Origin: Aquificaceae bacterium
GTDB lineage: Bacteria > Aquificota > Aquificia > Aquificales > Aquificaceae
Assembly (NCBI GenBank): GCA_015490105.1
Contig: WFYK01000182.1
Span: forward strand, 1 to 32,129
DNA: 32,129 nt
Direction of reading: 5' to 3'
This document shows, in pieces, positions 17,423-29,167 of this stretch. The notes beneath the pieces are model-generated. The model was not told the origin of the DNA. It did not search any database and was given only the letters and a program-made list of their open reading frames with translations. The position numbers and the translations under genes are program-made. Positions within the stretch are counted from its first letter, which is position 1. Every line of letters starts with the position of its first letter.

Positions 17423-19403
17423 CTTCCTCTTCTGATACCTCTACTTTGGATTTTTCCTCCTTTTTGGGTTTTTCCTTGAGCCTTTCTATAAGCTTGTCCG
17501 AGATCTCCTTGTGAGCACGGGTTATCTCCGCAAGCTCTTCAGGAGAGGAAACTATGTAGGGTGTTATGAAGATAAAGAGGGAGGTCTTGTCGTCCTGCTT
17601 GAAATCCCTTCTAAAAAGGCGTCCGAGAAGTGGGACCTTAGATAAACCCGGAACACCCTCTATGGTTTTTAAGGTCTTCGTGCTCACCAAACCTCCGAGT
17701 ATAACGGTTTGTCCGTTTTCTACAACCACCTCCGAGTTTATTTCCCTGTTGGAGGTTACGGGAACGGTGTAGCTCGTCGATCCTATCTGGTTGGTGACGA
17801 AGTCTACGATCTCCTCAAGGTTAAGGGAGATAGAAAGCCTCAAGTTGTTGCCTGAAATCCTTGGGGTTACATCCAAGGAAAGACCCACTTCCTTATAATC
17901 GTAAGTGATAATAGGCTGGCCGTTTATATCAAACTTCACACCCTCCGCGTAAGGTATAACTTGCCCGACCTTTATTACCGCGGGCTGATTGTCGAGGGTA
18001 AGAACCTTTGGGTTAGAAATGATGTTAAAACCGGAACCGCTTTCTAAAAGGGAAAAAAGGAATACCAGATCCGGAAACAGAAGGGTGGTTCCCCCGACTT
18101 CCACTTGTGTCCCGGATGGTGAGAAAACGCCCATTAGAAAGTTCCCCGACACGAAAGCGTTATACACATCGTTGATACTACTTCCTCCGAACGCTGCACC
18201 TCCCCTCTTTCCCAACACTTGCCAGCGAACGCCTATGTCTAAAAGGCTTTTTGTAGATGCCTCTACAACGGTTGCTGCGATCAAAACTTGCTTGCGTCTT
18301 TTGTCTATCTGCTCTATGAGTTTCAGAAAAGACTCGTATTCCGCTTTTGTAGCGTAAAGGATAATGGAATTAGTTCCCCTGTCAAAACCTATACGTAAAC
18401 CTTCCTTTGTGGTTATTACCGGGATGGGCTGAGGTGACTTCCTTTGGGGCTTTGTCTTAGCTTGCTTTTGACCCTTCCCTTTAGAAACTGTTTTCCTGTT
18501 TTGGGTTCTTTGCGTGGGCTGTTGCCTTCTGTGTGTGCTTTGAGCTTTTATACCTTTTCCAAAGAGATTTCCCAGAACCTCCGCCATCTCCTCCGCGGAG
18601 ACGAACTTTAAAGGGATCAAATAAAAGGCTCTTTCTGAAACCTTGGGAAGGTCCAAAGAGTCAACTTTACGGATCAGTTCTTTTGCTACTTGAACCGCCT
18701 CTTTTGGCCCTGCTACGAGAAGTGTGTTCGTCTCTTGAGAGAAGGAAACGACGGTCGGCATGCCAAAACGCCTTGTGAAAATCTGGTTCAGTGAGCTGAT
18801 GAGTCGGGAAGCCTCTTGAGCGGGAATGTTCTTGAGGTGAAACACCTCAAAACTCGGCGAGGCCTTTTCCGAGTCGAGGATACTCAAGAGCTTTTTTGCC
18901 TTTTCTATATTCTCTCCCACGTCCGCTATAACTATGGTGTTGGAAGCCTGATGGGCACTCACACGGGCGAAGGGAGATAGAAAAGGTCTTACCGTATTTA
19001 TTACCGCGTTGACCTCGACATTTTTGAGCCTCTTGGCAAAAACCGCTATCTCCCCGCGGGCAACCTTCTCTTTAAAACCCGTGCTAAGAACCCCCTTGTT
19101 GGCAGGAACTATAAGAGCAAACTCACCCTTGTCCACGATCGCGTAGCCGTTTGCAAGCAAAAGTAGGGAAAAAAGATCCCAAGCCTCTTTAACACTGATG
19201 GGTTCCGAAAGTTCTACGCTAACCTTCCCTCTGACGGAAGGGTCGACGACTATGTTCTTACCGCTTATCTCGGACATGTATTCCGCGAGCGTCTTTATAT
19301 CTACTTCTTGGAAGTTAAGCAAAACCTTTTCTTTCTCTCCTCCCCAAGTGAGGGAAAGGGTAATCAGGAAAAAGATGTTAAGCAGAAAAAGTCCTAATCT
19401 CAT
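17400..19403 (-). CDS. gspD: Type II secretion system secretin GspD
   Basis: Signal peptide, N0 (LNFQEVDI..VDPSVRGKV), N1-N3 repeats (SNTIVI, TNTLLV, TNSIIL) and secretin domain (QVLIAATVVE, NPKVLTLDNQPA, GQTVILGGL, VPGLSKVPLLGRLF, LFIFITPYIV). Confidence 0.92.
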   Translation of the reverse strand: MRLGLFLLNIFFLITLSLTWGGEKEKVLLNFQEVDIKTLAEYMSEISGKNIVVDPSVRGKVSVELSEPISVKEAWDLFSLLLLANGYAIVDKGEFALIVPANKGVLSTGFKEKVARGEIAVFAKRLKNVEVNAVINTVRPFLSPFARVSAHQASNTIVIADVGENIEKAKKLLSILDSEKASPSFEVFHLKNIPAQEASRLISSLNQIFTRRFGMPTVVSFSQETNTLLVAGPKEAVQVAKELIRKVDSLDLPKVSERAFYLIPLKFVSAEEMAEVLGNLFGKGIKAQSTHRRQQPTQRTQNRKTVSKGKGQKQAKTKPQRKSPQPIPVITTKEGLRIGFDRGTNSIILYATKAEYESFLKLIEQIDKRRKQVLIAATVVEASTKSLLDIGVRWQVLGKRGGAAFGGSSINDVYNAFVSGNFLMGVFSPSGTQVEVGGTTLLFPDLVFLFSLLESGSGFNIISNPKVLTLDNQPAVIKVGQVIPYAEGVKFDINGQPIITYDYKEVGLSLDVTPRISGNNLRLSISLNLEEIVDFVTNQIGSTSYTVPVTSNREINSEVVVENGQTVILGGLVSTKTLKTIEGVPGLSKVPLLGRLFRRDFKQDDKTSLFIFITPYIVSSPEELAEITRAHKEISDKLIERLKEKPKKEEKSKVEVSEEEDEEDFYF

Positions 19404-19405
19404 CG

Positions 19406-19417
19406 TGGTATATTTTA
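19406..19417. promoter_or_regulatory. Putative divergent -10 elements for tRNA-Ser (+) and gspD (-)
   Basis: TGgTATATT at 19406-19414 (+), and TAAAAT at 19417-19412 (-) lying 8 nt before the gspD ATG. Confidence 0.5.
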
Positions 19418-19424
19418 AATGTTA

Positions 19425-19515
<91 letters not shown>

Positions 19516-19539
19516 CACAACCCCCTCAGGAGGAAAGCC

Positions 19540-20187
19540 ATGAAGCTTACCATATATCTGATCACCGACGATAAATACTTCAAAGGTAGAGACCTTTTTG
19601 AGACTATAGAGAAAGCACTCCAAGGCGGTGTTACCGCGGTCCAATACCGTTTTAAAAACAAAGATACACGTCAGATGTATGAAGAACTTCTAAAGCTCAG
19701 GGAAATCACCAGAAACTACGGAGCGGACCTCGTAGTAAACGACAGGGTAGATCTTGCCTTAGCGGTAGAAGCGGACGGGGTTCACGTGGGAAAAAAGGAT
19801 CTACCACCCGAAGCGGTAAGAAAGGTCGCGGGAGATAAACTATACGTCGGCTACACCGCCAACAGCTTAGAGGAGCTAAAGGAAGCCCAAAAACTACCCG
19901 TTGACTACATAGGCTTCGGATCTATATATCCGACATCAACTAAAGAAAACTACAAGCTCGTTGGGTTAGAAGCTTTAAGGGAAGCAATTAGGATCTCCGA
20001 GAAGCCCATAGTTGCCATAGGTGGGATAATGCCTTACAGGGTTCACGAAGTGATAAAGGCAGGGTGTAGGAACTTGGCGATCTCCGCAGGTATACTCGCT
20101 TTTGAAGATGTAAAAAAAGCTTCTGAGGAAATAAAGAGAGCTTACCAAAAAACTATGAGACAGCTTATGCTTATGGGACAGCTGTGA
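19540..20187 (+). CDS. thiE: Thiamine phosphate synthase
   Basis: YLITD, VQYRFK, VNDRVD, DGVHVG, YPTSTK and VAIGGI. SD AGGAGG. Confidence 0.95.
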   Translation: MKLTIYLITDDKYFKGRDLFETIEKALQGGVTAVQYRFKNKDTRQMYEELLKLREITRNYGADLVVNDRVDLALAVEADGVHVGKKDLPPEAVRKVAGDKLYVGYTANSLEELKEAQKLPVDYIGFGSIYPTSTKENYKLVGLEALREAIRISEKPIVAIGGIMPYRVHEVIKAGCRNLAISAGILAFEDVKKASEEIKRAYQKTMRQLMLMGQL

Positions 20188-20624
20188 GTTTTTTCGTCTA
20201 TAGACGGAGGATCCAGTTTTACGAGACTGATGCTCAAGGCATAGTTCACCATTCCAACTACTTCAGGCTCTTTGAAGAAGCGAGGGGTGAATTCTTAAGG
20301 CAAGCGGGTCTACCTTACAGGAAACTGAGGGAAGAAGGCTACGATGTAGTTTTGCTGGAGGCGTCTTGCTCCTTTAAGAAGCCCCTTTTTTACGATGACC
20401 TCGTGGAGGTCTATCTTTCTCTTGAGGAGTTCAAAAAATACACCTTTTCCTTCGCTTACGAGGTTAAAGTAGAAGCGGACCTTAAGGCTCAAGGCTTTAC
20501 ACGCCACTGTGTTGTTAAAAATTCAAAGATCGTCGCCATACCCCAAATACTGAAATCTACCGTCGAGGACTTCCTTCAAGACACCAAACGAACACCGCCA
20601 TCCTCACAAAAAGACCGTTTCTGA
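20184..20624 (+). CDS. YbgC/FadM-family acyl-CoA thioesterase (hotdog fold)
   Basis: FYETDAQGIVHHSNYFRLFEEAR motif. The GTG start overlaps the thiE stop. Confidence 0.9.
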   Translation: MSFFVYRRRIQFYETDAQGIVHHSNYFRLFEEARGEFLRQAGLPYRKLREEGYDVVLLEASCSFKKPLFYDDLVEVYLSLEEFKKYTFSFAYEVKVEADLKAQGFTRHCVVKNSKIVAIPQILKSTVEDFLQDTKRTPPSSQKDRF

Positions 20625-21456
20625 CCTGCTGTTGAATGAGTGACTTTTCAGAGTAGATCAAATCCCCTTCAATATCCACTTCCCTGTTTACCGGGCCAGG
20701 ATGCAGAAAGTAACCCCTTAACTTGGAGTATCTGTCCTTGGTAAGACCGAACTTCTGAAAGTAGGATCTCTCAGAAGGAATAAGCTTTTCCTTCTGGCGT
20801 TCTTTTTGAAGTCTCAGCCAAATTACCGCGTCCGCCCAGTGTATAGCCTCCTCTATATGGGTGAAGATCTCAGATACACCTAAGGCTTTCACATCGGAAG
20901 GGATCAAGCTTAAGGGACCGCAAACGGAAACCTCCGCCCCGAAGGTCTTCAATAGCGGAAGCCCCGATCTAAAAACCCTGCTGTGGGCAATATCTCCAAC
21001 ATAAAGGACCTTTAACCCTTCCAAGCTACCGTAGGCTTCTAACAGGGTAAAGAGATCTATAAGTCCTTGGGTAGGGTGCTGGTGGGTTCCGTCCCCGCCG
21101 TTTATCAGAGAAAGAGAAACTTCTTTGGTTAAACTTTCATAAGGAAACAGCACGAAAGGAACCCTAAAAACCACGGATCTAAAGTCGAGAGCTTCGAGAG
21201 TTTTTAAGGTGTCGAAAAAGCTTTCGCCCTTGACGAGGGAGCTTCCTTCAGAGGAAACCGTATAGGTTCTAAGACCCAAAAGTTTTGCAGCTTTTTCAAA
21301 GGAGATCCGAGTTCTCGTGGAGGGTTCAAAAAACAACAGGGCAACGTCTCCATCCAACCTCGGGTATGATGACCCTTTTTTTAGGGATACGAAAAGGTCG
21401 TATATGGTTAGAACTTCCTCCTTTGAAAGGTCCGCGGAAGATATTAGGCTCCTCAT
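20557..21456 (-). CDS. pyrB: Aspartate carbamoyltransferase catalytic subunit
   Basis: FFEPSTRT, KGESFFDT, INGGDGTHQHPTQ, GDIAHSRV, RLQKER and HPGPVNR. Confidence 0.96.
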   Translation of the reverse strand: MRSLISSADLSKEEVLTIYDLFVSLKKGSSYPRLDGDVALLFFEPSTRTRISFEKAAKLLGLRTYTVSSEGSSLVKGESFFDTLKTLEALDFRSVVFRVPFVLFPYESLTKEVSLSLINGGDGTHQHPTQGLIDLFTLLEAYGSLEGLKVLYVGDIAHSRVFRSGLPLLKTFGAEVSVCGPLSLIPSDVKALGVSEIFTHIEEAIHWADAVIWLRLQKERQKEKLIPSERSYFQKFGLTKDRYSKLRGYFLHPGPVNREVDIEGDLIYSEKSLIQQQVRNGLFVRMAVFVWCLEGSPRR

Positions 21457-22823
21457 GACTCTTTTAATGCGTTTACTATCTCCTGCAAGGCCTTCTTTGC
21501 ATCCGCAAAGAGCATGAGGGTGTTGTCCATAGCAAAGAGGGGGTTAGGGATTCCTGCAAAACCCGGGCTGAGACTTCTCTTTATGACCACGACAGTCCTT
21601 GCCTTCCAAACCTCAAGGACGGGCATACCCGCTATCGGACTTTTAGGATCCGTCTGGGCCAAAGGGTTTACTACATCGTTTGCTCCTACCACTATGACCA
21701 CATCTGTTTGCTCAAAGGAAGGATTTATCTCATCAAGGTCCTTCATCTTTTCGTAGGGGATGTCTACTTCTGCGAGGAGAACGTTCATATGTCCGGGCAT
21801 CCTACCCGCAACCGGGTGTATGGCGAACTCAACCTCAATACCTTTTGATTCCAGAAGGTTAAAAAGGTCTCTGACCGCGTGCTGAGCTTGAGCCACCGCC
21901 ATACCGTAACCCGGAACTATAACTACCCTGCGGGCACCTTCCAAAAGCAAAGCAACCTCTTCGGGTGTAGTCGCTTTCACCTTTCCTTCGTATATGTCGT
22001 CCGACTGAGCCTTTACCTCACCGAATCCTCCAAACAGGACGTTAGTCAGAGACCTGTTCATCGCCTTGCACATTAAGTTGGTAAGGATTATCCCCGAAGC
22101 TCCCACCAAAGACCCTGAGATTATCAGTGCGTTGTTCTCCAGAACGAAACCTGTGGCGGATGCAGCAAGGCCAGAGTAGGAATTAAGAAGTGCTATAACG
22201 ACAGGCATATCCGCACCGCCGATGGCTATGGTAAGAAGGACTCCCAAAACCAAACCGACCGCAAGAAGGATCCAGTAAAGAAAAGTAGACTGAGGGTTCA
22301 GAACTATAAGTGCCCCTAATCCTAAACCCAGAAGACCTACGAGAGCTTTAACGATCTGTTCTCCCGAATACCTTATAGGCCTTTCCTTCATGAGGCCCTG
22401 GAGCTTAGCAAAGGCGACACCGCTACCTGAAAAAGTCACCGCTCCGATCAAACCGGACGCTACCGTTGCAAGCAGGAATGGAATGGAAGGCTCGTGGGTT
22501 TCCATGAGAGCACTTCCCGCAACCAAAGCGGAAGCACCGCCTCCGAATCCGTTAAAGAGAGCAACGAGCTGAGGCATCGCGGTCATCTCAACTTTGAGAG
22601 CAAGTATCGTTCCTATCAAAGCACCTACGATCAGGCCTGCGACTATGAAGCTAAAGTCGATGATCCTCTTGTCCAAGAGAGTTACCAAAACCGCTATGAG
22701 CATACCTACCGAGGCGGTTAGGTTTCCCCTGACTGCGGTTTTGGGATGAGACAGCCCCTTAAGGCCGAAGATAAAAAGTGATGCGGAAAGAAGGTATGCG
22801 AGGTTTACTATAACCTTCTCCAT
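21453..22823 (-). CDS. pntB: NAD(P) transhydrogenase beta subunit
   Basis: MTAMPQLVA, IGGADMPVVIALLNSYSG, VPGYGMAVAQAQ, HPVAGRMPGHMNVLLAE and GANDVVNP. The likely start is ATG at 22823 (MEKVIVN). Confidence 0.96.
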   Translation of the reverse strand: MEKVIVNLAYLLSASLFIFGLKGLSHPKTAVRGNLTASVGMLIAVLVTLLDKRIIDFSFIVAGLIVGALIGTILALKVEMTAMPQLVALFNGFGGGASALVAGSALMETHEPSIPFLLATVASGLIGAVTFSGSGVAFAKLQGLMKERPIRYSGEQIVKALVGLLGLGLGALIVLNPQSTFLYWILLAVGLVLGVLLTIAIGGADMPVVIALLNSYSGLAASATGFVLENNALIISGSLVGASGIILTNLMCKAMNRSLTNVLFGGFGEVKAQSDDIYEGKVKATTPEEVALLLEGARRVVIVPGYGMAVAQAQHAVRDLFNLLESKGIEVEFAIHPVAGRMPGHMNVLLAEVDIPYEKMKDLDEINPSFEQTDVVIVVGANDVVNPLAQTDPKSPIAGMPVLEVWKARTVVVIKRSLSPGFAGIPNPLFAMDNTLMLFADAKKALQEIVNALKES

Positions 22824-22824
22824 A

Positions 22825-23106
22825 CTACTTCCTCTTGAACATTTCAAGCATCCTGTGAGTTACCAAAAAGCCTCCTACAACGTTTATCGTTGCAAAGACG
22901 AGAGCTATAAAACCTAACAGGGTAGTTAAAGTAGAATGCCCTGAACCCGCGGATATTAAAGCCCCTACGATGGTTATTCCGGATATAGCGTTTGACCCGG
23001 ACATTAAGGGAGTGTGAAGGGTGGGAGGAACCTTGGTAATAACCTCGAAACCGACGAACATAGAAAGCACGAAAACGGTCAGATACATTACCCACTCTTC
23101 CATCAT
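22825..23106 (-). CDS. pntA: NAD(P) transhydrogenase alpha subunit part 2 (membrane)
   Basis: VPPTLHTPLMSGSNAISG and NVVGGFLVTHRMLEMF. Confidence 0.95.
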   Translation of the reverse strand: MMEEWVMYLTVFVLSMFVGFEVITKVPPTLHTPLMSGSNAISGITIVGALISAGSGHSTLTTLLGFIALVFATINVVGGFLVTHRMLEMFKRK

Positions 23107-24251
23107 CCTACCCCCAACGCTTCCTTTACCCTTTCCGAGAAAAGATCACCTTCCTTAAACAGTAGAGACTCTCTGACTATCTCATCTTCCAAGTTTATGT
23201 TCAGTGATCCCTCCCTTACCAAAAGGGCTAAAAAGTTTGTGATGTTCCTCGAATACATCAAGCTCGCATCGTAGGGAACCTGGGAGGGAAGGTTTACCGG
23301 TCCCGCTATGACTACTCCGTATTTTTCTATAACCTCTCCAGGCTGGGTAAGTTCGCAGTTGCCCCCCCTCTCCGCTGCCAAGTCCACTATAACCGAACCG
23401 GGTCTCATTTCCTTTACCATGTCTTCCGTTATCAGAAGCGGAGCTTTCTTTCCGGGAACAACCGCTGTGGATATCACGAGATCGCTTCTCGATACGACCT
23501 CCTTCATAACTTCCCTCTGTCTTTTGTAGAACTCCTCACCCATCTCCTTTGCGTATCCGCCCCTATCTTCCGCGGATTCGGACTCGAGACCGAGCTCTAC
23601 AAATTTGGCCCCTAAACTCTCCACCTGCTCTTTTGTAGAAGGTCTAATATCGTATGCCTCTACCACAGCTCCGAGCCTTCTTGCGGTCGCTATAGCCTGA
23701 AGACCTGCCACACCTGCACCTATGACGAAAACCTTAGCGGGAAGGATCGTCCCCGCTGCGGTGGTGAGCATAGGAAACATCTTCTTAAGGAGGTTTGCTC
23801 CTATCAGAACCGCTTTGTAACCGGAAACGGTAGCTTGAGACGAAAGGGCGTCCATACTCTGAGCCCTGCTGATACGGGGAACCAGCTCCATTGCAAAGGC
23901 GGTGATCTTAAGAGATTTAACCTTTTCGAGAATCTTTCCTACCGAGAAAGGATCCAAAAATCCCAAAATTACCTTACCCTCATACAGATCAGCTTCCTTT
24001 AAAAATCCTTCTTCGTTCGCGCTCAAATTCCTAACGGAGGCTATCACGTCAGATTTCCTGATCACATCTTCCCTTTTCAGGATCTGAGCTCCCGATTTCT
24101 GATATTCCGAATCTTCAAAACCCGCTCTTTTACCTGCACCTTCTTCTATTAATACCTCAAAACCTATCTTTTTTAGCCTTTCCACATCCTGAGGAACTAA
24201 AGCTACACGGTTTTCCCCGCTGAAGGTTTCCTTAGGAACTCCTAAAATCAT
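23103..24251 (-). CDS. pntA: NAD(P) transhydrogenase alpha subunit part 1 (soluble dI)
   Basis: GVPKE..GENRVAL, PRISRAQSMDALSSQ, GAGVAGLQA, GGYAKE and DLAAERGGNCELT. Confidence 0.96.
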   Translation of the reverse strand: MILGVPKETFSGENRVALVPQDVERLKKIGFEVLIEEGAGKRAGFEDSEYQKSGAQILKREDVIRKSDVIASVRNLSANEEGFLKEADLYEGKVILGFLDPFSVGKILEKVKSLKITAFAMELVPRISRAQSMDALSSQATVSGYKAVLIGANLLKKMFPMLTTAAGTILPAKVFVIGAGVAGLQAIATARRLGAVVEAYDIRPSTKEQVESLGAKFVELGLESESAEDRGGYAKEMGEEFYKRQREVMKEVVSRSDLVISTAVVPGKKAPLLITEDMVKEMRPGSVIVDLAAERGGNCELTQPGEVIEKYGVVIAGPVNLPSQVPYDASLMYSRNITNFLALLVREGSLNINLEDEIVRESLLFKEGDLFSERVKEALGVG

Positions 24252-24280
24252 GGCTTTACCTTAAAATTGTATATGTTCGC

Positions 24281-24286
24281 TATAAT
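24281..24286 (+). promoter_or_regulatory. Putative -10 box of the rpsB operon
   Basis: Perfect TATAAT just upstream of the structured rpsB leader. No clear -35 element. Confidence 0.55.
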
Positions 24287-24300
24287 GTATGAGGCATTAA

Positions 24301-24376
24301 ATTCGCACCTTTCCCGCTTGGGTTGGTCCCGAAAGGGACTTCCGGGAAAGGGAGGCAAAACCCAAGGAGGTGAAAG
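24301..24376 (+). ncRNA. rpsB 5' leader (S2 autoregulatory element, t44-like)
   Basis: Stem CCTTTCCCG(24308-16)/CGGGAAAGG(24343-51) with an inner GTCCC-GAAA-GGGAC hairpin. CTTGGGTT(24317-24) is complementary to AACCCAAG(24359-66), forming a pseudoknot. GGAGGCAAAACCC motif present. Confidence 0.8.
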
Positions 24377-25201
24377 ATGGCTGTAGTTTCTATGAAGGAG
24401 CTCTTGGAGGCAGGAGTTCACTTCGGTCACTCTAAGTCCCGCTGGAATCCGAAGATGGCCCCTTACCTTTATGGGGTCAAAAACGGCATCCACATAATAG
24501 ACCTCAACAAAACGTTGGTCTTACTCGAGGAAGCTTACAACTATGTTTCCGACATGGTTGCTCAGGGAGCCCAGGTTCTCTTCGTTGGAACCAAGCGTCA
24601 AGCCAAGGAGATTATCAAAGAAGAGGCGGAACGTTGCGGAGCTTTTTATGTAAATGAGAGATGGGTAGGAGGTCTTCTCACCAACTTCCAAACGGTCAGA
24701 AGGAGCATCCAAAAACTTATAAAGCTTGAAAGGATGGAGGCGGAAGGGATATTTGACGTCCTGCCCAAAAAGGAGGTTAGGAGACTCAAGCGTCAGATGG
24801 AAAAACTCAACAAGCTCTACGGCGGTATAAGGGAGATGACCAGGCTTCCCGATCTCATATGGGTTGTAGATACGGTCAGGGAAGCCATAGCTGTTTCTGA
24901 AGCCAGGAAGCTCGGAATACCGGTGGTTGCTATAGCGGACTCCAACTGCGACCCGGATCTCATAGACTATATCGTTCCCGGAAACGACGATGCTATAAAG
25001 TCTATAAAGCTCCTGACTTCCAAAATAGCGGACGCGGTCATAGAGGGTAAAAACAGAAGAGAAAGCGCGGAAGAGGTTGAGGTCAAGAAAGAGCGTAAAG
25101 TCATCACCGTTGAAGAGCACGAAAAAGAACTCTTTGAAAAGGCTGTCGCTATGTCTGAAAAGTATGAAGAGCTTGACAAAGATACCGTAGACTACGAGTA
25201 A
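24377..25201 (+). CDS. rpsB: 30S ribosomal protein S2
   Basis: [31 protein letters not shown] and PGNDDAIKS. Confidence 0.98.
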   Translation: MAVVSMKELLEAGVHFGHSKSRWNPKMAPYLYGVKNGIHIIDLNKTLVLLEEAYNYVSDMVAQGAQVLFVGTKRQAKEIIKEEAERCGAFYVNERWVGGLLTNFQTVRRSIQKLIKLERMEAEGIFDVLPKKEVRRLKRQMEKLNKLYGGIREMTRLPDLIWVVDTVREAIAVSEARKLGIPVVAIADSNCDPDLIDYIVPGNDDAIKSIKLLTSKIADAVIEGKNRRESAEEVEVKKERKVITVEEHEKELFEKAVAMSEKYEELDKDTVDYE

Positions 25202-25217
25202 TTCGGAGGTAAGAAAA

Positions 25218-28024
<2,807 letters not shown>

Positions 28025-28027
28025 GGC

Positions 28028-28789
28028 TTACAACTCCAAAGAACAGAAATCTTTCGAGAACTTAGAGGAAGCATCTTCTATAGCTGAATCTATAACATCG
28101 TCGTAGGTGGGAAGCTCATCGGTTCGAAAACCCTGTCTCGAGCACTGACGCTCTGGGCCGGCGGAACCGGAATAGAGCTTTGTCAGGAGCACTTTCGCCG
28201 AAAAGACGCTAACAACGGAGACATTGATACGTGTGCTTGCCCTGAAGGCTACACACTTGAAGATCCCTTTCTCATAAACTACGGGAACACCTATTTTTCG
28301 CTCCTCTGTGTAAAAGTCCCTTTTGAAAGCTATGTATCTGGGCTCGACTATTACGAGATAATCCGCCCCGAGAAGCTTTCCTATCTGGGCAACCGTGTTA
28401 CTATCTACTAAGCCCGAAGCTTGGAACTTTTGCTCCTGCAGGACTTTGTCCACGTCCTTCCTGCTTACCACTTCTACTTTAAGTATCTTTCCCTTAACCC
28501 TACCTACAAGTTTCGAGATCACATTACCGCACCGGGAAGCTTCCTCCATCCTGTCCCTTGCCATAGACGAGTATATGTGCCCCTTCTCCTTTCTCGTTTG
28601 GCTGAAGAGATAGTAATCGAGGAACGACTTTCCCACCTCCCTGCCGTTTTCATACTCCCTATACTCCCATTTCCCCTTTACCGGTAGGATAACCGCGACG
28701 CGAACTACTTTTTCCTGAGTTTCACCTTTAACACCGCAGGAGATCAGGGCTAAAAAACTAAAGACAAGAGCAAAAACAAACCCTTTCAT
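28028..28789 (-). CDS. CsgG/HfaB-family outer-membrane lipoprotein
   Basis: Lipobox LISC and VVSRKDVDKVLQEQKFQASGLVD..AQIGKLLGADYLV, typical of the CsgG family. Confidence 0.78.
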   Translation of the reverse strand: MKGFVFALVFSFLALISCGVKGETQEKVVRVAVILPVKGKWEYREYENGREVGKSFLDYYLFSQTRKEKGHIYSSMARDRMEEASRCGNVISKLVGRVKGKILKVEVVSRKDVDKVLQEQKFQASGLVDSNTVAQIGKLLGADYLVIVEPRYIAFKRDFYTEERKIGVPVVYEKGIFKCVAFRASTRINVSVVSVFSAKVLLTKLYSGSAGPERQCSRQGFRTDELPTYDDVIDSAIEDASSKFSKDFCSLEL

Positions 28790-28807
28790 GGCAATCTATT
28801 TTAAAGG

Positions 28808-29167
28808 GTGAAGGTGCTTATAGTAGATGACGAAAGGGCTATAGGTAAGGTTCTCAAAACCGCTTTTGAAAACAGAGGGTATGAGGCCCTTTGGGTGGAG
28901 GATGCGGAAAATATTCTAAGTGTAGTTGAGGAATTTAAGCCGGATGTGATCCTGTTAGATATAAACATGCCCGGAAAGTCCGGCTTTGAAGCTCTGAAAG
29001 AGATCAGGGATGCGGGATACAAAACACCTGTGGTAATGGTAAGCGTTCTCTCCCAAGACTTTAACATAGAAAAGGCTTACAACTTGGGGGCGGTAGACTA
29101 CGTAGTAAAGCCTGTCAGCATAAACTACCTTATAAGGAAGGTAGAACAACTTGCTAAGGGTAATTAG
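28808..29167 (+). CDS. Stand-alone response regulator receiver (CheY-like)
   Basis: VLIVDDE, ILLDINMP (phospho-Asp), VMVS and DYVVKP. No output domain. Confidence 0.93.
   Translation: MKVLIVDDERAIGKVLKTAFENRGYEALWVEDAENILSVVEEFKPDVILLDINMPGKSGFEALKEIRDAGYKTPVVMVSVLSQDFNIEKAYNLGAVDYVVKPVSINYLIRKVEQLAKGN

Noticed and set aside
19516-19539. TPP riboswitch upstream of thiE, or an integration site at tRNA-Ser
   Set aside because: Only 24 bp separate the tRNA and thiE. No TPP motif, integrase or duplicated tRNA end is seen.
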